A program made the position numbers and the translations under genes. A stretch of 64,000 nt of DNA, from NCBI GenBank assembly GCA_013115145.1, contig JAAPAO010000103.1:12265-76264 (forward strand), in the 5' to 3' direction. Shown here in pieces: positions 40,223-54,244 of this stretch. The notes beneath the pieces are model-generated. The model was not told the origin of the DNA. It saw only the letters and a program-made list of their open reading frames with translations, and did not search any database. The DNA comes from Perkinsus chesapeaki ATCC PRA-425. Taxonomy: Eukaryota > Protista > Perkinsozoa. The stretch's first letter is position 1. Each line of letters starts with the position of its first letter.

Positions 40223-43152
40223 ATGATAGTAGATTATAGTTTACCCCCTACTGAAGCTGAAGGTAATAATATATTTATATTTATATAATATTATATATTA
40301 GTTGGTATTACATTATATGCTGATACTGATAATGATCATATAATATTACCTTGTATATTTAAACATAAATATCAGGATTTCCATGTGTAAGAGATTATAT
40401 CTAATATTAATATAATTATAAGTAGATATGAGATACCAGAAGATAATAATAGACCATTACATTTAACAAAGTTATGGACTAAAGATAATGTTATTAAAGA
40501 AATAAGGGATAAAAGGGATAATGAAGATGATCTTATTAATACATTGTAATATATATTATTTATATTATAATTATATTATTAGGGGACCTGATTATAAATT
40601 AAATGATGAACAAATTAATAATATTAAACAATGTTTAAATGAAGATGATATGAATACTTTTATTACCTTCTTGAAAACACCACGTAATACTATATATAAA
40701 TAATAATATATTATTATTAGATACATCAACATCAACACCATCAGCATCAGCAGCAGCAACTGCTACACGTAAATATTGTTTATTACAAGGTGATACTATA
40801 CAAGATAAACCAGGACGTACTAAAGTACATAAGTAATATTATTAATAGTAAGTTATCATTGTTATTATTGTCATTATAGGATGGTTAAAACACAGTTCCC
40901 TAATGGCATGTTTATTAGTGATACTATTGACCCTGATACTGATAATGATAATAAATATAAAATAAGAATATGGATAAAGAAAGATTTTAATATAGGACAA
41001 AAGTAATAATAAATATTAATATATTAGGAATAATAATATTAGACGGGCAAGAGAATTAGCAGCTATTAATGAAGATGATAATAAAAGACATAGAGGGAAG
41101 AAGGGAGGGAAAAGAGGAGCAGCAGCAGCAGCAGGAGGAGGAGGATCGTCAATGAAGAAGTTAAAGAAGGTTAATGATGATGATGTTGATTTACCACAAG
41201 CACGGTATGATCCATGGCCCAAGGATCAAGGAGATTATTTATATTTTAATATGTATAAAGAGAATAGAGATACATCAGAAGCAATAACAATAATATCAAA
41301 AGCTATGGGTAAAAAGAATAATAAATCATTTACAATAGCGGGTACAAAAGATAGACGTGCAGTAACAGTACAACAAGTATGTATGTGGAGGACATATGAA
41401 GAACAAGTTAAAAGAGCTATATTAAATGGGTAGTAATAACAATATGGGATAATAATTAAATGGTCTAAAAGTAATTATATAGGAAATGGGATAGATGTAT
41501 TAGAGTATCTGATTTCCATTATAAAAATGATAAATTATCATTAGGTAGTAATAATGATAGTTATATTACTAATTATTATTGTAATATTATTAGGTATGTT
41601 ATATGGTAATAGATTTTATGTAGCATTACGTGGTATAAAGGAATTACCGGATAAAGATAAACTTGATAAAGCATTTAATAATGTATCTAATAAAGGCTTT
41701 ATTAACTATTTTGGAATGCAAAGATTTGGTAATAATGATAATATTATTATTGTGTATATAGCTGCTCTACAATAAGGTACACAACTTACCCGGACACATG
41801 AGATAGGTAGAGCAATGTTAGCTAATGATTGGGAGAAGACAATAAGATTGATAATGGGAGAAACATCAATGATAAGACAAGCAGCCACATCAGCAGCAGC
41901 AGCCACATCGGAAGAAAATAAAGAAGAAGGGGGTAATAATAATAATTTATTATTATAATAATAGTAATATTATTTATCAGGTTATAATAAAGTTAATGAG
42001 GCACGGAAGGCATATCTTATTGATAATGATGCTAATAAATCATTACAATTAATGCCTAATAATATGCATATTGAGAAAAAGTTAATGTCATTATTAGCAA
42101 AAGGTAGTAGTAGTTATAATAATAATAATAATACTAAGGTATAATAATATAATAGAACCACATGGATATTTAGCAGCATTACAACAATTATCTACACCAA
42201 CTCTATCACTTTATGTTCATTCGGTAATATTAATAATAATCAAGTAGTATTATTATAATAATATGGATAGTAGTAGTTACAATCATATATATGGAATCAT
42301 GCTGTATCATATCGAATAACTAAATATGGTATAAATATAGTAAATGGTGATATAGTTATTAATAATAGGACGTAATAATAATTAATTGTATTATATACAT
42401 TATTAATAATAGGGAATTAATATCAAATAATAATAATGATTATAACTCAAAACATAATGATAATATAGTAAGTATTAGTATTAGTCTAATAATAATTATT
42501 ATTATTACTAATAGATACATATTACAGATGATAATATTAAAGATTATAATATATATGATGTAGTATTACCATTACCTGGAGATAATACAGAATATCCTAA
42601 TAATATGGAGCAATGGTATATTGATTTTGTTAATGATAATTTATCATTATCATTAATAAATGATTTTAAAACATGCAATACAAGTGGTGGAGTATTCAAT
42701 TTAACTGGTTCATATAGGAATATATTAAGTAGATGTGATAATGTTGAATATGATATAATATCGAAAGATAAAGCACTTGATAGAGTAATAATAATAATAA
42801 TAATAATAATAGTCAATATCGATTAATATCGACATTTAGACGTTGATACCAACTGATATTGATATTATAAATAAACGTGATTATAGTATTGAAAAGTTAG
42901 ATAATAATGATATATCATTATTAGAAAATACATATAGTATTATATTCAAGACAACATTAAAATCAGGTAATACAACAACAACACTTATTATTATTATTGT
43001 TATTATTGTTATTATTACCCAGTAGTAGTTGTTGTTGGTATTAATGCTATATAGGTACTTATTTAACAATGGCATTACGAGAGATAACAAGGCAGGATAC
43101 TTCACGTAATTCTATAATCAACAACAACAAGGAGAGGAAGAAGGATACATAA
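40223..43152 (+). CDS. PUS7: TruD-family pseudouridine synthase PUS7
   Basis: EAEVGIT...KYQDFHV, FTIAGTKDRRAVTVQQV (catalytic Asp motif), GFINYFGMQRFG, GTYLTMALREITRQDTS. Confidence 0.93.
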
Positions 43153-43286
43153 ATGATAATAGTATATTACATTACCAACGATTACGTTAATGTTTCTATT
43201 TCTGTTATTATTGTTATTGTATATCAGTATTAGTGCTCGTTGTTGTTGCTCGTCTTCCTTATCATTATTGTTGTTATATGTCTAAT

Positions 43287-43788
43287 ATGGCTGATACTAC
43301 TACTATTACTAATACCGATACCGATAATAGGGATAAATTCGAGACTGGTCCATTGAGTCTATTAACCAAAGCATGCGAAGATAACTCACAAGTAGTATAT
43401 TAATAATGTGTATTATATATTATCTTATTATTAGGTACTTATTAATTGTCGTAATAATAGGAAGATATTAGCTAGAGTAAAGGCTTTTGATAGACATTTT
43501 AATATGGTATTGGAAAATGTAATAATAATTATTGATAATAATTAATAAGCCGCAGCAGGTGAGGGAATCATGGACTGAAGTACCGAAAGGTGGATCCAAT
43601 AAAAAAGCAGTTAACAAGGATAGGTAATAATAATAATATTCACAGTGCTTGGTAGTAGTAGTAGTAATGCTGCTGCTGCTGATGATGATGGTGGTGGTGG
43701 TATTAATGTTACTAGGTTTGTGAGCAAGATGTTCTTAAGAGGTGATTCAGTAATAATGGTATTACGTAATCCTAAAACTAAACAATAA
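43287..43788 (+). CDS. SNRPD2: Small nuclear ribonucleoprotein Sm D2, 4 exons
   Basis: [55 protein letters not shown]...[22 protein letters not shown]. Confidence 0.97.
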
Positions 43789-43972
43789 GACTGCGAAGAT
43801 GATGACGTATATAGTAAGAGCAGCTGCTTATAACGACGATGAGGATAATAATAAATATAGTAATATAATAATACTACTACATAGAAGATCAGTCTCTATA
43901 TTGATAATATGATCATGAAGTTGTTGAATTATTAGTATTATCATAAGTTAATATATTATTATAATATTAATA

Positions 43973-45969
43973 ATGCCATTATTAATACATTATATATTAT
44001 TAATAATTAGAATAGATTATAATAATGGTTTAGAAATAGATCTAGAAGGTGATACAGGTATAACATGCCCACATGAATATTATAATAATGTATCACCACA
44101 TACCATTATAAATGATGGTAATAATAATAAGAATATATAAGATATTATTATTACTATTATTATCAATGAGTAGTAAATTATAATTATTATTAGGTGATAC
44201 ATTATACAGAGAGATAAGACGTAACGAGACTCATAGGTATTATTATCAGAACTTTAATATAACAAGAATGAATGAAGAATCTAAGTAATGATAATAATAA
44301 TGATAATAATATAAAGGTATATAATAGGTATCGTAAATTAATATTACATTTAGAGCCATGTAGAGGTAGTGTATATTTATTAATAAGAAAGACAAGACCA
44401 TGTTGGCCTAATCCATATACTTGTATAACAAGTGCATCATCATCATCAGGTATAGCTATATTAATTAGTTATTAGGGTTATAATAATTAAATTAATAATA
44501 GGTTTAAATAATAATAATAATATTTGTGAATGGACACATTTCATGTCGGATATTGATGGTAGTAGGGATGGTTCACCGACCTATTTCGAGATACCCTTAA
44601 CGAGTAATAATAACATTATTATTATCAGGTGTATATAATATTAATGGTATTATTAGGTACTAGATATTTTATATCAGTTTATGCTAGTGATAATGCAGCA
44701 TATACTTTAACATTATTATCAGGTCATGATGACATTAATGATTCTAGCAGTATATATTATTATTATAATTGTTGTAGTATTATTAGATATTGGAGCATTA
44801 CCAAGGCCAGGTGATAATGGTAAAGTTATTGGGGAACAGATAGATGAACTTAAAGTGAGTATTAGTAGCTTCATTATTATGATGATTATTATTATTATGG
44901 TATATAATGCTAGTAATAGTAATAGGTATTATTAACATGGAAAGGGGCTTACTTTATACCTAGTGGTATATCTAAGGTTAAAAAGTAATAACAATACTAT
45001 TATTATAATCATGTTGCTGTTGTTGTTTTTAGATATCATATATATTCGATTATGTTACTTAATACTGATAATCGTACTAATATCAATGTTTTTCTACGTA
45101 AAGATAAGATATTAAATACAGTATGTGGAATACATAATAATACAGATAAAGAGTAATAACAAGAAGAAGAATAATAATAATAAATTATGTAGCTTATAAT
45201 AATTATAAGGTATTCAAGTGTGGATCCGTCAAGTTGTACATTGAGTAGTAATATAAATGATATAACACCAGAAGGTGAAGTTAATATGATATGTCAAACT
45301 AATATAATAGGAGTAATGGCACAAAAAAGGTAGTAATAATACAGTCTAAACCCAAATTAACTTAGAATATCACGTTTTTGTGATGACCATTCTTTTCTGT
45401 GATGACCAGATTTGCTTCGACTCTGTTCCCCAAACTTACAGAATATCGGCCTTCTTATAGAGCCTGGAGAAAATCGGCATGGAAGAGTTGCCAAATTAAC
45501 TTTGAATACACACCTTAATTTTGGCCCCAAAATCACGATCACGAGAAATCGCAGCGAAAAGAAAAGATCGCTACAATTGATGCATGTTGCACCGTGTGCA
45601 TCGCGAAATTCGCAATGTCCGACTCCCACGCGATTTCTTATAATTTGGTAAGTACATTTGATTTGGTTGGTAATAATAATAATAATACGTATGTATATGC
45701 ATACGTCATACATTATAGGCGAATAGTAGTAGTAATAATATATCATTGTTATTATTATTATTACTAGATACATATTTAATATTATTGTTGAATCTGAGAG
45801 AGGTTACTATATGTCATACGGAGGTATTATTATGGAAACTAATTGGAAAATATATACAAAAGCATCATCATCAAATGATAATACATTAAAAATAGTTGGT
45901 GCAATAATGGGTACTTTTATTGGTATTATTGTTGTTAGTTATATATGGCTACTTAAAGTGTATAATTAA
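43973..45969 (+). CDS. Uncharacterised type I membrane protein (signal peptide, Cys-containing ectodomain, C-terminal TM)
   Basis: MPLLIHYILLIIR...LILHLEPCRGSVYLLIRKTRPCWPNPYTC...EWTHFMSDIDGSRDGSPTYFEIPL...VGAIMGTFIGIIVVSYIWLLKVYN*. Confidence 0.7.
45345..45685. mobile_element. Putative non-autonomous insertion or foreign DNA in an enlarged 438-nt intron (45330-45767)
   Basis: Abrupt loss of trinucleotide repeats, many CpG/tcgc words, direct repeats ccaaattaactt (45352, 45491) and tgtgatgacca twice, hairpin attttgg-cc-ccaaaat (45518-45533). No convincing TIR or TSD. Confidence 0.45.
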
Positions 45970-46070
45970 TAATAATGAATATGATGTTGTTATTACTTAT
46001 TATAATTATTGTGTTGTTTAGTTTTAGAACGATATTATGTTAAAAGCTTGTTGTTGTTATTATCATCATC

Positions 46071-47743
46071 ATGTCGATAGATCTTCAAAAACAGATAAAA
46101 GATAATAGTACCGATATACAAGAATATTTTAAAGAACTAAGTCAATGGACTGGATCAATGAAGAATATTAATAATGAATCAATGTCATTAAGAACTAGTG
46201 ATGAGTATAATAATATTGATAATAGGGATGACAATATAAGTATCATATAATAATAATAATATCGATTAGAATAATAATTATAATGGATAATATCATCATG
46301 ATCAGGTAAGGTTATTAGTTATGATGAAGATGGTGAAGAAGAATCATTTAAAATAGATAATAATGAAAAAGATACGTGAGAATAGAATTGAATATTGAAC
46401 AGTAATCACAGTCATCAGAGGTTTTAGTAATATTCAGGAAAACTTATTATGGGGCATGCCAGCAGCAGCAACAGCAGCAGCATGGAAGTGTGATTAATAG
46501 TGATGATAAGGAAGGAAAAGAGGTTATTAACGAAAATAATAACAATAGAAAAGGAGCTTTATCACCTGAAAGTATTGCTAATAGTGATATATCAAAAAGA
46601 CAGTTAGTTAATATAAGAAAGATAACAAAAGAGAGGAAAAATATAATAGATTATGTTATTGAGGCAAGAGAAAGGGGAAATGATTATTATAAAAAAGGGT
46701 AGTAATAATAATACTATTAGTAATAATGATTACAATGATACGATAATAATAATAATATCAGACAGCATAAGGCTGCACTTAATGAATATCGTAATGGTTT
46801 AACATATGTTATTGATAATAATGAAAGTAATGATAATATGGATTATAAGGATTTACCAATTGTTGTATTATATAATAATATATCGGCTGTTGAATGCGTA
46901 TTAAGTAATTATACGGAAGCTGTTAAATCTGCTAATGAGGTGGTATTATTAATGCATATCACATCCATTGTATAATAATAATACAACATATTTAGGCTAT
47001 CAAACTTTGTGGAACAATAAATGAGTATTTAATTGCCAATACAAATGATGATAACGATTGTTGTTCATTAAGAAGTGTTAATATTATAACTGCCAAGTCA
47101 TATTATAGAAGAGCTTATGCATTAAGCAAAATGAAAAGGTGGAAATTGGCACAAAAAGACTTACAAAAATCATTAGAGTTGATGATGATGATAATAAGTG
47201 ATGATACGTCTAAGTTAGAAACATATAATAATTATATGGAATTAAAGAAGGTGATTTGATTATTACTTGTGTAATAATAGATATCAGTTATTTATTCATT
47301 AGTTTATTGATAGACAAGTTGAAGGACAAAATATTATTGAAAGAGAACAAGCTATTAAAATAATAACTAACACGCAACGTGAAGTGAACGAAGATAAACT
47401 TATTAAAATATTTGTTAATGATGATGATGAAACAGAAAGTATAATGATAAATAATAAGATAGATAATAAAACGAGGACGATGATGGAAGATGATGGGAAT
47501 AAAATAAATAAAGAAAAGAAAGATTCTGTTAAAAAGAAGGAATATATTCCAAAAGCTTTAAGAATTCGCGAAGCTATTAAAAAAGGGAAAAGTAATATTA
47601 ATGGTGCTCTTGGTAAGTATTATTTATAATTATATTTTGAATAATATTATTTGACTTGTTGAGTTGTTGTTGTTGTTACTATTAACACAATACTAAATAT
47701 AATTGAGAGAATTATTAATGAAGTATTATCTCTTGTAAAATGA
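46071..47743 (+). CDS. RPAP3: RPAP3/Spaghetti-like TPR co-chaperone
   Basis: N-terminus MSIDLQKQIKDNSTDIQEYFKELSQW resembles the RPAP3 N-terminal helix; TPR segments EARERGNDYYKKG and AKSYYRRAYAL. 3' end uncertain (47629 or 47743). Confidence 0.7.
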
Positions 47744-47837
47744 TGATATTCATAATATCCTTTATTATTAATATTATCTTCCAACCTCAGTAGTATTATC
47801 ATACATTATATTACCTAAATAATAATATTAAATATTC

Positions 47838-50637
47838 TTACAACAGCATATTCTTAATACCTCCTTTTGGTGTACTCTGTAATTGTTCTTTATTATTAAA
47901 TGCATTAACTGATGGCACTCCTTTATTAGTTGATTTAGTTACCTGGTCAATCCATTTTCTACTACCACTTGTTGATGTTGGTGCTAAATCACGTTCTATA
48001 CCACTACTTGTATACTAATCAATAATAATAATATTCCTTTAGTATTAATAATAAATATTACTTTATCAACATCAGGTTTAGTATTAAGAATAGTTAGCTC
48101 ATTATTTAAATTGGTCTTGGTTGTATTCTGTTTAGCAGTCTAAATAAGATATATAACAATAACATAATGACGAGGAGGAGGAGGAAGAAGACAATATTAT
48201 TACTACTACTTCAACTTCATCACGTTCAAGTTGAGAATAATCAGACATTACTGCCGATGTTTGAGATTGTTCTTCTCTTAAACGTGATACTTCTGATTTA
48301 TGTTCTTCTGCAGCCTTTCTTCTTTCACCATCTGATTGTCTTGTTTGAGATTCAATACTTTCAACTTGATTTTGTAATTGCATTTGCTGTTGACTTAATA
48401 AAGCTATTGATGCTGTACCATCATCAAGTAACTATGATTAATAATAATAACTATTATAATTATGTTAATAATAATAATAATACTGATTGTAAATGTTTTA
48501 TTTCTTCTTCTAAATGTGCTCTATCCCTTCTTAATGATATCTGTTCCAAATTAACTTCCCTTCTTTGTTTATTAACACGATCAAGTTCATCAGTTTCCTC
48601 CTCAGTTTGCCTATAATATTAATATGCAATATTAATATGATAATAATAATATAATCCTCATTATTATCACCACCTCTTTAAATCATTCAATTGACTTTCT
48701 TTAACTTTTACATCAACATTAAGCCGTGAATTCTCCACTTCTAGTTGTCCACACATATCTAATATATGTTGTAGTTCTTCATTACCACCATCAATTGATT
48801 CTGTTAGCTAATAATAATAAATAATAATAATTTATAAATCGTAATCGGTTATTATTACTTCTTTGGATAATCTTTTATCTTCTTCTATAGCACTTTCAAG
48901 ACATACACCACTTGCCTCCCCCGCCCCCGCCGAGTATGTCATAGGTATTCTATTACCACTTTTATTATTATTACGACCCTTTAAATTACTAAACATGTTA
49001 CTGGGTGGTGCTGGCATGTACCTAATAGTAATATAAGTATAAATAAGTATAATATCATCATTACTTCCAATAATCTGCATCATCATCCATATCATTATTT
49101 CTAGTATTATAGCTTTTCGCAACATCACCATCATCATCGTTATTATTATTATTATCAGTAGTGGTGGTATTCGGTATCCCAAATTTAGGTGATATATTAT
49201 CCATTTTATCAATTAATGATGTAACTGGTATTGATTCTCCTATTATATTTTGCAATGACTTTGGTAATACAGCTGGTATAGGATATCCTAACAACAACAA
49301 AAACAACAGTATTATTATTATTAACAATACTACATACAACACCTACTACTACTATTAAATAATTACCTTTTTTACATTTACTAATCAATTGCATGGCTAC
49401 TATAAACTCATTAATATTAAGTTTACCATCTTTATCCTATTATTATAATTAATAGTTAAGATATAATTATTATTATTATTACTTGATCAGCAAGCTCCCA
49501 CAACAGACTCAACGTTGGTTTACTTAATTTACTCTTTTCAAATATTTCTTTACCAACTTTACCATTAACATAACCTGTTCTTCTGGGATCGGACGACATA
49601 AATAATGATACATATCTAACATAACAAACAACAGAAATTATTACCACTACTTCACAATAGTAGTAGTCTCCTTTAATACTTTTCTTTATCTTCGTTATTA
49701 ATACACCACTTATCACTTGAAGTCCTTTTATTGGATAATCCTCTATTATTATTATTATTATTACTCGACTCTAATAAAATGAGTATTTGTTAATTATACG
49801 TATCATTATTATTACTACCATCTTCTTCTTCTTCATTATCACCTTTTTGCATTGTTGTTGTTCTTGGTATAAAATCAAGTGGATCAATACCCAAATCCTT
49901 CATACTCATTGCTAATTCTGCTGCATCCTTTGGTCTCATCTCACAAGTAGTAGCAGTTCTAGTAGGAGTAATAAATTCATTAATATCTAATAATTAACAA
50001 CAACAGTAACAACAACAGTAACAACAACAGTAACTTACTCTCTCCTCCGTTCTGTTGCTGTTGTTGGATGTGTGTTGTGTTTGTTGTTATACTATTATTA
50101 TTGAATATACCTATTTAATATATATAATTAATATATGTATTATTATTATTACCGTCAAATATAGGTAAAGTGGGTGGTTCTATATTAACTAATGATGGAT
50201 CAACACTAGCAGCACCGGATTGCATATGTGCAATTAGGCGACATATCATATTAAATTCTAATAATTATTATCAATAATAATAATACATTAATATAACTAA
50301 TAATTATATTATTATTACCATTCTCGTTTATTTTACCATATCCTTTATTATCCACTATTTCCCATATTTCATGCAGTATATTTCTGGATAATCCTGATTT
50401 TTGTAATAATTCAGCCGCCTTAGGTCCAGATATATATTGCTTTTCTCCACTTCTATCATCGTCACCACCACCACCAGCACCAGCAGCATATTCAGGTGTT
50501 ATTGCTATTTCCCATATATTATGATAATAACTCGATTCTTGAGGCGATAACTTTACTATCTTCGGTAATACTCCAGCACCAGCAGCAGCAGCAGCAGGAG
50601 ATGATGATGATGTATATTGTTGTTGTGAATATGTCAT
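47838..50637 (-). CDS. EH-domain (Eps15/Ede1-like) endocytic scaffold with coiled coil
   Basis: Two EH domains: ISGPKAAELLQKSGLSRNILHEIWEIVD...EF and GYVNGKVGKEIFEKSKLSKPTLSLLWELADQDKDGKLNINEFIVAMQLI...GYPIPAVLP; then coiled coil. Confidence 0.88.
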
Positions 50638-50790
50638 AACAACTTTGAAAAAGGTAGCAGGAACAACTAATAATATAATAACTAATAATAACACAATACC
50701 ACCATCATTATTAATACCAACAGCAAGATGATGATAATGATGATAGAGTAAAATGATGCTGGTAATAATAATACATGTTCTCAATATCTC

Positions 50791-53008
50791 TTATCTACTA
50801 CTTCTTGTATTACTACACCTAGTTGATAATAATGACGATGACCCCGCTGCTCCTGCTCCTGCTGCTGCTGCTGAAGTCATTCTATTATTATTATTATAAT
50901 AATCAACTTTATTATTATCAATCACATTGACCCTATTATTATTAACATATCTTTTATATTCTAACTTCTTGTTATTATGTACTTCTCCTTGTTTTAAAAT
51001 GCTGCTGCTTGTAGTATATATTATATATTTACTACATGATTGACAAAGATATGGTATGTTATCATTTGATATTGGTAATGTTGGTAAAAGTAACTATATA
51101 CTATATTATATATAACTATTGTAACTAATATAGCAACTACTACTACTACCTCTGGTTTCGAATCTAGTTCACCTTCTAATGCTTTACATTTATCATTACT
51201 ATATATTAATGCATTCTTCAAATAATATGTTTCATTATATGTATTATTTATTATATCCCTCTCAGCCTTATTAACTGCTAATGCTTCCTAATAACAACAC
51301 TTAATAACAATACTATTACTAGTATTATTATTATCATTACCCTTTCTAAATTATAATTTTTTTCGTTATTAAACTCATCTTGTATTATTATTAACCTTTC
51401 TATTGCTTCTTTCTCCTTTATTAAACTATAATTTAATTTATTATTAATCACTATCATATGTTCTTCAGTATCATTCAGTAGCATTGTAATATATTCTCTA
51501 TTATTAATCTCCCTATTCATATTATATTCTAAATATCTAATAATAATTATATCATTAACTACTACTACTACTATAATAATAATGATGAGTATATTATTAC
51601 TTAATTTTTATAATGTTATCATTTAGTTTATTATTGGCCTTATCTAGATCATTTTCCAATCTTTCTCTTATTGCCTTCTCATTATATAAATATTTATTAA
51701 CCTCATCAACTTCTGATTTCAATGTCTAAAATAACATAACACTCTTTCTGATGCTGATGCTGCTGCTGATGCTGCCCCAAGGTATTATTACATATATAAT
51801 ATTATTAGCTTCATTTAATTTATTTATATTATATTTTAATTTGTCTTCTAATAATATTATATTATTATCTTTAACCTATTACTATTAAACTAATAATATT
51901 TAATTCATCATTAACTCTTATTATATCACCTTAATTTCTTTTTCCAATAACTTAATATTATCATTTAATTTTAACTTTTCCTTAGCAAATGTAATCCTAG
52001 CTTCATCTGAATTGGTATATTCTTTCTCCTACATATTAAGTATTATTATTCTTACTATTATTATATTATTACCAAATCATCACGTATACTAGTTATTGTA
52101 ATAGTTAAATCATCAACGTCATTCTTAAGATCATTTATTACACTTGCCTTATAATTTAATTCATTTAATAAATTATATATATGTTTTTGCATACTCTCAT
52201 AACTATAAATATATTCTCATAACAACAACAACAACCACCCTCAACAATACCAGTAAGAATATTATTATTACCAGATTCTGCTATCACTTTCTACTATTAA
52301 TAATTTATTATTGGTATTATCCAATTCATTCATTAAATTATCAATATTATCATTTAAAATAATAATATTATTTTCAGCATCATCGGCACGCTAATAACAT
52401 TATTGATACAATTGAATAATAATAAATTAATACCTTTTTCTCATTGTTATATTTATTATCTAATACTTTATATTTATCACGATAATTATCTAACTCATAG
52501 TTAATATTATTAATATTTTCCGTCATTTTAGTTATCTCCACCCCAAAACCTTTATTTATTATATTATTCTAATAATAACTATTATCAACTTAATGTCAAT
52601 ATTACTACTACCAAATCATCTTGTATTATATCTAGTAATATATCAATTAATGATGTATCATTCGTTATTAGATCATGTACCTATTATTAATATAACCACC
52701 TTATTAATAAATAACCTACTTTATTTATATATGTTATTAAATTTAATGTTATATTATTTAAATCAAGTAATTTATTTTTAACTTGTTCAATTATATATAT
52801 TTTATTAACCCTTTTTATTTTATTATTATAATCCAATATATATTCATCAACCTCATCAACTTCATCAACCTCATATTTATTTATATAATTCCATCTTAAT
52901 GGTAACTAATAAAATATAATTATCATTAATATATACCATTATTACCAAATAATCAATACCTAACTTCATTAAACATTTACTAAAATCTTTAAAAATAACA
53001 TCGCTCAT
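50791..53008 (-). CDS. Hypothetical N/K/E-rich coiled-coil protein
   Basis: Series of in-frame GT-AG-bounded exons with heptad character (KITFAKEKLKLNDNIKLLEKEIK); start MSDVIFKD at 53008. Confidence 0.55.
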
Positions 53009-53167
53009 GCTTCACGTCAACCACAGGCAAGCATCACCATAAAAGAAGAAGATCTATATAAATCTAAACTAAATCGATCACAATGGCGCGCGCTATTCAC
53101 ATGAACAACTTATGGCCAGGAAGAAGAGCATGGAGCAGCAGCTTAAGTTTGATTGACTTAGTCCTTA
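53009..53167. promoter_or_regulatory. Divergent junction 3 with tatataaat (53055-53063) and ggcgcgcgct (53085-53094)
   Basis: Head-to-head spacer with an isolated CpG-rich word; does not carry the exact shared motifs. Confidence 0.35.
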
Positions 53168-54134
53168 ATGAGTGGTGGCAGTAGTGATGGGTCGGCGGCA
53201 TTATTAGGACCTATTGATCCATTATCTGATACTGAATGTGAACTATTTCCTGGATACTTTGGTTATATAGTACAATTATGTAATAAGGCTGCTGTTGTTT
53301 ATTATGCTTATTACGTATTATCATTATTAGCATTATTTACAATATGTGGTTTATCATTAATATTTAAAAAATGTAAAGAAAAGAGTGGTATAAGAACATG
53401 GTGGGAATTTATATTAGATAGTTCAAAACAATGTATTGGTTCAACTTGGATACATTGTCTTAATCTTATATTTGCTACTAAATTACATGTAATAGATAAT
53501 AATAATAACAACTAATAATATTAATATGTATCAGGAAAAGACTGGTGGTGATCCTTGTGATTGGTATTGGATAAATATAATGGTTGATGTATTAATAGGT
53601 ACAGGTATTAACTATATATTATTAACCTTAATAACGTAATAATATACATTATATTAATATATTAATATATTTAGGAAATATATAATACCATATTTATTTG
53701 GAGATAAAATAGGTAAAGAGTTTAGTTTTGGTGATTATGGTAATAATGCTCATAATGGTGGACAATGGCATACAAAAGGCACTGATTGGGGTAACTACTT
53801 TAAGCAATTGGTAATAGTAATAATAATTGGTAATTCTTAAGTATCTTTTTAGATATTATGGTTATGTATAGTTACGACTATGAAATGTATAATGTTATGT
53901 ATTATGATTAAGTTTGAAAAACCAATGTTATATTTTGCCGGTATAATATTAAAACCATTAAAACATCATAGACTATTAAAATTAGTATTTGTTATGATAG
54001 TTACACCAGTAATAATGAATATATTACAATTTTGGGTTACCGATAATTTTATAAGACGTAGTAATACACCAACATCATCATCATCATCATCAATTACAGT
54101 TAATGATAAACAACCATTATTAAATAGTTATTGA
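53168..54134 (+). CDS. STIMATE: STIMATE/TMEM110 (YPL162C-like) membrane protein
   Basis: RTWWEFILDSSKQCIGSTWIHCLNL...DPCDWYWINIMVD...FGDYG...LKLVFVMIVTPVIMNILQFWVTDNFIRR. Confidence 0.88.
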
Positions 54135-54244
54135 ATAATAATGTTTAGTTTTAATAATACAATTAAATAATATACAACGCAACATTAATAATTAATAATA
54201 TCACTTAATTCATGACTTATCATTTTCCTAAAATAATAATATTA

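Noticed and set aside
45357-45773. 138-aa minus ORF and 79-aa plus ORF in the intronic insertion as a transposase fragment
   Set aside because: No DDE, RT or other recognisable motif; they begin or end in microsatellite sequence and arise from stop-poor composition.
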